This document shows positions 59,074 through 64,000 of a stretch of 64,000 bases of DNA, one piece after another. The DNA comes from Marispirochaeta sp. GTDB taxonomy: Bacteria > Spirochaetota > Spirochaetia > JC444 > Marispirochaetaceae. Position 1 is the stretch's first letter; every line of letters begins with the position of its first letter. The stretch spans positions 352,001-416,000 of the forward strand of contig CAXXFF010000003.1 of the NCBI GenBank assembly GCA_963676835.2, given 5' to 3'. The notes under the pieces are model-generated. The model was not told the origin of the DNA. It worked only from the letters and a program-made list of their open reading frames with translations, and made no database searches. A program made the translations under genes and the position numbers.

Positions 59074-59377
59074 ATAATAAGTCTCATACAAGATGAGACT
59101 CTTTAATTCACATAATAAAAGTTTGAATACTCAATTTCAGAATAAGCTGACTTATATCCGTCATTATTGAAATCAACAAAGGTTCCCGCTTTTTATTTCT
59201 CAAATCATTTACCTGCAATTACTTACAAGCAAACAACCCGATCACGGTTATCTTCGCCCCTTCTCATATTCCAGTTAATTCCAATACCCTTTATTTACAA
59301 TCCCAAGGTCATTCACTCTCTCAATTTCAGTGAACCGTCCCTCTTAACCTGGACTAAACAAGGCCGTATCGGCTGTC

Positions 59378-59389
59378 TTTTAAAGATCA
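59378..59389 (-). promoter_or_regulatory. rRNA leader boxA-like antiterminator
   Basis: TGATCTTTAAAA on the minus strand. Confidence 0.5.
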
Positions 59390-59442
59390 TTCTCTCCGCT
59401 GCTCAACCGGGTGACTCACCCCGTCGCTTCAGCGTGATCGCA

Positions 59443-59692
59443 GTTATATCATTCGGCGCTACTCAGTGTCAACCCGCTGCCGCAGGTTTTTTTACTCACT
59501 TTTTCGTATTGAATCAGCAAGCCGGAGTAGCATAAAGCACGTTGAATACGTGATTCCGCCGAAAGACAGCAGAACCATAAACAAGCAGAAAGAAGAACGT
59601 TGATGATCTAATCACTGTTGATTGGTTCTAAAAGGCGTCCCTCTCACTTGAGGAACGCTGCTAAATATATTGAATCCCGCGGCTCTTGTCAA
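59443..59692 (-). promoter_or_regulatory. Tandem rRNA promoters P1/P2
   Basis: TTGACA-17-TATATT (59692-59664) and TTGACA-18-TATAAC (59472-59443). Confidence 0.65.
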
Positions 59693-60495
59693 CCGTCACA
59701 GCAGTTCTTTTTGACTGATTCAAGGATAATTTCCGCAACTTCTGAAAAACCTGCCCCATAGGGGTTTTCGGTAATGTATCCCGGTTTATGCTCAATAAGA
59801 TTGAGAAAAGACCGGATATTCGCCATCCCGCAGGAAAGTGGAAAAAAACTGAACATGGGCTCGTCATTAGGAGAATCTCCGCAGAATAAAACCGAGTCTT
59901 TGAGCATTTCGGATTTTACATCGAAGTTTTCCGTCAGGATCATGAGCGCAGTATCAAGCTTACTGTATTCACCAAACCAGGTATTCACATGGATGGAGCT
60001 GATTTTTGCAACCGCTCCCTTCTCTTCACAAAGCTTTTTTATCGTCACCGCTGTATCATAGTCAAAACGCGGCGGGTCCTCTGCAAAATCGAGGGCAAGA
60101 TCATACCAGCGGAAATCCTGATCTCGGGAGGTTTTCATTCCGGGGATTTTACCGCACACATATTTTTCAATTTCCCGAAGGCGTTCCTGTATATTTCCTC
60201 CGGCTACATCCGGATGCAGCTTCAAGTCATACCCGCTCTCATTGCGGATCATACAGAATGCTCCATTTTCCCCGATCACAGCCTCCACAGGCCACTGGCG
60301 TATTATCATATCGCACCAGCCGGCAGGTCTGCCCGTTACAGGGATAATGATGAACCCTGCGCTTTTCAGCTTCCATAATGCAGTGTATGCTTCCGGGAGC
60401 AGATATCCGTCCCGGGTCAGAGTGTCATCAATATCACAAAGAATAAATTTGAGACTGCCCAGGTCCGCAGCCTTGAGTGCATCCGTCGGGAGCAT
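59689..60495 (-). CDS. HAD-IIB family hydrolase
   Basis: CDIDDTLT, VTGRPAGW, GENG, CGDSPND. Confidence 0.88.
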   Translation of the reverse strand: MLPTDALKAADLGSLKFILCDIDDTLTRDGYLLPEAYTALWKLKSAGFIIIPVTGRPAGWCDMIIRQWPVEAVIGENGAFCMIRNESGYDLKLHPDVAGGNIQERLREIEKYVCGKIPGMKTSRDQDFRWYDLALDFAEDPPRFDYDTAVTIKKLCEEKGAVAKISSIHVNTWFGEYSKLDTALMILTENFDVKSEMLKDSVLFCGDSPNDEPMFSFFPLSCGMANIRSFLNLIEHKPGYITENPYGAGFSEVAEIILESVKKNCCDG

Positions 60496-60496
60496 G

Positions 60497-61087
60497 TTAA
60501 TCTCCGAAGGATTCCTTAAGCACCGGCCAGGCTCCTTTAAGATAGGTCATAAAGGATGCAACCGAGGCTACAGCTGCCAGAATAAAGACTGCGAGAGTAC
60601 TGATTTTTACGATATTAAAAGAATCTGAAACAAACCCCAGCCGATCCAGGGATACCGTAAGAAAGCCCAGTATACCTGCAATTGCATAGGTGACCGCTTT
60701 CAGCTTGCCCCAGATACTGGCTGCCATTGCTTTGCCTTTTCGAATGAGCACCATCCTGAGAAAGGTAATAGAGAATTCCCGGTACAGCAGAATTGCCAGG
60801 ATTATAACCGGCATAAGGCCCACAGCAGTAAAACAGATAAAATAGGTGATCCGGCTTAAAACGTCCGCAAAAGGATCCAGCACCTTTCCAAGATCAGTGA
60901 CCAGATTATATTTCCGGGCAATATACCCATCCATTACATCTGAAACTTCAATGAGCACATAAAGAACCCAGAGCACAACCATGGAAGGAAGAATAAAATC
61001 TCCGGTCCATTGGGGGACCATGAAGACGAGAAGAAGAATTGGAGTAATTATTATACGGAAAACAGTCAGTTTGTTCGGCAAGTTCAT
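60497..61087 (-). CDS. pgsA: CDP-diacylglycerol--glycerol-3-phosphate 3-phosphatidyltransferase
   Basis: MNLPNKLTVFR; DVMDGYIARKYNLVTDLGKVLDPFAD. Confidence 0.9.
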   Translation of the reverse strand: MNLPNKLTVFRIIITPILLLVFMVPQWTGDFILPSMVVLWVLYVLIEVSDVMDGYIARKYNLVTDLGKVLDPFADVLSRITYFICFTAVGLMPVIILAILLYREFSITFLRMVLIRKGKAMAASIWGKLKAVTYAIAGILGFLTVSLDRLGFVSDSFNIVKISTLAVFILAAVASVASFMTYLKGAWPVLKESFGD

Positions 61088-61159
61088 AAAACAAACCTAT
61101 AGTGGAGCAGAATACTTGTCAATAATGATTTACATTGCATACAGAAGTTTAACAGAAGC

Positions 61160-61450
61160 TTATACGGCGTTGCTGTCCAATTCTTTAAGGATCTCCACAA
61201 AATGGTCCTTTCTGGCAAAACGATAGAGAACCCGGTAGCCCTGTCGGCTCTTTGTTTTGATTATGCTCCGGAGAGCTCTTTCCATCTCTTTACGGCTTTC
61301 ATACAGCTTTACCTTTTCACGCCCCGCATTTGGCTCACGGCCCCAGGTAATGGTAAAAGCGTAGTCTGCAAAAAGGTTTCCCTGCCTGTCGTGTACCGAG
61401 TAATACCAGAAGTGTCCTTTGGTATCCTCTTTAAAAAAGGTAATAATCAT
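61160..61450 (-). CDS. WGR-domain protein
   Basis: YYSVHDRQGNLF...ITWGR...KSRQGY. Confidence 0.7.
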   Translation of the reverse strand: MIITFFKEDTKGHFWYYSVHDRQGNLFADYAFTITWGREPNAGREKVKLYESRKEMERALRSIIKTKSRQGYRVLYRFARKDHFVEILKELDSNAV

Positions 61451-61470
61451 CCATCCCCAGTATCGGCTGA

Positions 61471-62259
61471 TTATCCGGAAAAAGATAGTGGCGAAATTTC
61501 TAATTTTCCTTTTCGATATTCAACCTTATAGCTTTTTAACAGATGCAGCTTACGGAAAGCCGGCTCAGTTTTAACAACTGTTATAATCCGTATTTTTTTA
61601 AGCAATTTTGTTACATACGGCAGAATGGTTTCGTTCCCCTCTTTTGTCCTGACAGCACGGACACTCTGGAGATCATCAGACTCACTGCTTCCGACGCTTT
61701 TGATAAATACAGCCTCTTTACTGGTTGATATAAAGGAAAATGGCACAAACTCACTGACAGTAATCATCTCCCCTTCAAGATATATGCCGTCCCCCTCAAG
61801 CCTGTAGACCGCCGAATAGTCCTGCTGCTTAATTTCTACCGATAGATCAGTCTCATCCAAACGCAGAACAAACAGGCTTGTACTGTTTTCATCAATCCTT
61901 AAAGCCGGGTAGGAAACAAGAAAAGAGTAAAGTCCGGCATAAAGGAGTGCAATGACGATTACGAGAATCGATAGAGATGTTTTGGGAAAAAAAGAAAACA
62001 GCCCCCCGAAGACCGCTGATCCAGCCAGGGCTAAAAGCCAGCCCGGATTACCTGATATTACAGGGAGATCGGGCGAGAAGAGTATTCCCAGAGCAATTGA
62101 AAGAAAACCACAGGAGAGAAATACAATTGAAGGTATTCCGGGTTTCTTTTTTTTTATTCCCCGTCGGAGAGTATTTATCAGAAAAAGAGCGAAGAAAATT
62201 CCTGTTAAGTAGATCCAGAGAAAGGGATTTTCCAGAATGCTCGACCAGAGTAGCTTCAT
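61471..62259 (-). CDS. Hypothetical membrane protein
   Basis: Four N-terminal TM segments plus a soluble C-terminus. Confidence 0.65.
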   Translation of the reverse strand: MKLLWSSILENPFLWIYLTGIFFALFLINTLRRGIKKKKPGIPSIVFLSCGFLSIALGILFSPDLPVISGNPGWLLALAGSAVFGGLFSFFPKTSLSILVIVIALLYAGLYSFLVSYPALRIDENSTSLFVLRLDETDLSVEIKQQDYSAVYRLEGDGIYLEGEMITVSEFVPFSFISTSKEAVFIKSVGSSESDDLQSVRAVRTKEGNETILPYVTKLLKKIRIITVVKTEPAFRKLHLLKSYKVEYRKGKLEISPLSFSG

Positions 62260-63774
62260 CTATAGATTATATATTTCGCTGTACTTGTTTTTCAGGTACT
62301 CAAGAAAATAACCCGCTTTCAGGGGTTCCCCGGTAGCAGCCATACATATTTCTTCAGCTGTTCTGGATGCCCCGAAGGCATGAATATTGCTTCTCAACCA
62401 GTTGGTGAGAATAGAGAAATTACCCCTGGCAATCTCCTCTGCAAGACCGGGAATAGCCTTCTCGGCGGCCCGCTGAAACTGAGCTCCGTACAGGTTTCCC
62501 AGTGCATAGGTTGGAAAATAGCCGAGGGCCCCCATGGACCAGTGGATATCCTGAAGTTCCGCATCGGAGCTCTTATCCGGTGTAATGCCTAAAAGTCTGC
62601 CCGAAAGCTCCCGCCATGCACCAGGCAAATCAGCAACAGCAAGATCACCGGTAAGCATGGCAAGTTCCAGACGGAACCGCAGAATTATATGCAGGCCGTA
62701 GGTGACTTCATCGGCGTCTATACGGATAAAGGTTGGAGCCACACGGTTCACTCCCCGGTAGAAACTTTCTAGTTCAATTCCATTCAGGGCAGAAGGAAAG
62801 AGTTTTTTCAGGTCCGGAAGATAGCGCTGCCAGAAACCCCTGCTCCGTGCTACAGCATTTTCCCAGGTTCTGGACTGGCTTTCATGAATTCCCAGGGAAG
62901 TTCCTGTGGCCAGGATATTTCCCTGAACAGCTGGATCAAAGCCCAATTCGTACAGGGCATGACCGCATTCATGTACAAGCCCGAAGAATCCTGTGCCGAA
63001 AAAATCTTCCCGGAACCGTCCGGTTATGCGGACATCGCTGCCCCCAAGGGTTGTGGTAAAAGGATGCGCTGTTTCATCAATTCTACCCCGGGAGAAATCG
63101 TAGCCCAGGTCTTCCACCACCTTGCGGGAAAAATCACGCTGTTTGTCTATGCCATACGTTCTATGCAGAAAGGAATCATCAACCTGGGGCTTACTGCTTA
63201 TTGCTGCCGCCAGAGCTGAAAGGTCTTTCTCAAGGTCAGTGAACAGTGCATCAACCCTGGCAGTTGTCATCCAGGGTTCAAACTCATCGAGAAGTGCGTC
63301 GTAGGGGTGTTCTGTATAACCGACTGCTTCCGCTTTTTCCCGGTTAAGCCTGACAATCTCTTCCAGGTGGGGCTGGAAGAGAGAAAAATCATCCTTGCTC
63401 CGGGCTTCCACCCAGGCGGCCTGCCCGGCACTGGCTGCCTTTGCAAAGGCCCCTACCAGCGACGAGGGGATACGGATATCCCTGGTATAACGGCGATAAA
63501 GCTCCCGAAGAAAGGGGCCGTCGCCTTCCAGTTGTTCTCCGTTTCCCCAGGGGCGGTCATCGGTGCAGCCGCATTGATCAAGAAGTTCTCCCACTTCCGG
63601 GGAAGTTATTTTTTCATGTGCAAGAGACTGCAGCAGTGCCAGCTGCTCTCCCCTTTCGGGGATTGCCTGACGGGGAATATAGGTTTCCTGATCCCAGCCG
63701 AGAATTGCAGCGGCTTCCGCAAGAAGCTGATACTCCCGGCTTATTTTTTTCAAGTTTTCTACCGTCTCTGACAT
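62260..63774 (-). CDS. Carboxypeptidase Taq family (peptidase M32)
   Basis: HPF, DVRIT, HECGHALYE, HESQS, IRIDADE, QDIHW, GYFPTY. Confidence 0.93.
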   Translation of the reverse strand: MSETVENLKKISREYQLLAEAAAILGWDQETYIPRQAIPERGEQLALLQSLAHEKITSPEVGELLDQCGCTDDRPWGNGEQLEGDGPFLRELYRRYTRDIRIPSSLVGAFAKAASAGQAAWVEARSKDDFSLFQPHLEEIVRLNREKAEAVGYTEHPYDALLDEFEPWMTTARVDALFTDLEKDLSALAAAISSKPQVDDSFLHRTYGIDKQRDFSRKVVEDLGYDFSRGRIDETAHPFTTTLGGSDVRITGRFREDFFGTGFFGLVHECGHALYELGFDPAVQGNILATGTSLGIHESQSRTWENAVARSRGFWQRYLPDLKKLFPSALNGIELESFYRGVNRVAPTFIRIDADEVTYGLHIILRFRLELAMLTGDLAVADLPGAWRELSGRLLGITPDKSSDAELQDIHWSMGALGYFPTYALGNLYGAQFQRAAEKAIPGLAEEIARGNFSILTNWLRSNIHAFGASRTAEEICMAATGEPLKAGYFLEYLKNKYSEIYNL

Positions 63775-63807
63775 GTCTTCTCCTTAAAGCCTTGTGAGAG
63801 TACAGGT

Positions 63808-64000
63808 TTAAAGCTCTGCTTTCTCCTGAACAGCCTTTTCTACACGGGTAACGAACTCTTCCAGGGGAATACCGTTTTCCTGTTTTCCGTTTCTCAAACG
63901 CAGAGAAACTGCTTCCGCCTCTGCCTCTTTTTCACCGAGAATCAGCATATAGGGAATCTTCTGCGCCTGTGCATTGCGGATCTTTGCATTCATACGGTCA
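63808..64000 (-). CDS. thrS: Threonine--tRNA ligase, C-terminal anticodon-binding end (partial)
   Basis: MNAKIRNAQAQKIPYMLILGEKE...VSLRLRNG. Confidence 0.8.
   Translation of the reverse strand, partial: DRMNAKIRNAQAQKIPYMLILGEKEAEAEAVSLRLRNGKQENGIPLEEFVTRVEKAVQEKAEL

Overview
Chromosomal segment of a free-living-type spirochaete (Spirochaetaceae-like, judged from flagellin and lipoprotein style and gene order). It contains: a zapB/zapA end; a flagellar filament region (PilZ protein, TPR protein, two flaB flagellins, flaG, fliD, a second PilZ protein, tsaE/tsaB, HD-GYP, and a convergent flgN-flgK-flgL-fliW-csrA operon with a sigma28-type promoter); housekeeping genes (trxB, GH3 hexosaminidase, glgA/glgC split by a YprA/YprB (MrfAB-like) pair, regulators, leuCD); two paralogous two-lipoprotein operons that share a sigma54 promoter and upstream motif; ccdAB; ychF; an MFS transporter; serine dehydratase; a secreted WD40-caspase; a complete IS66; a minus-strand rRNA operon (16S, tRNA-Ile, 23S, 5S); then HAD, pgsA, WGR, M32 carboxypeptidase and the end of thrS. 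The most striking observation is a family of inverted-repeat-bounded inserts (core CC[T/G]GCAC(C)TA...TA(G)GTGC[A/C]GG) seen four times: in 23S helix 45 carrying an intact GIY-YIG nuclease gene, in 23S helix 25 without an ORF, as a minimal hairpin in the 16S-23S spacer, and inside a REP-like repeat about 8 kb away. This suggests a GIY-YIG-associated element family with non-autonomous derivatives. The second candidate system is the duplicated sigma54-controlled pair of Ca-binding, thrombospondin-like surface lipoproteins. Product calls come from motifs recognised by eye; no database searches were run.
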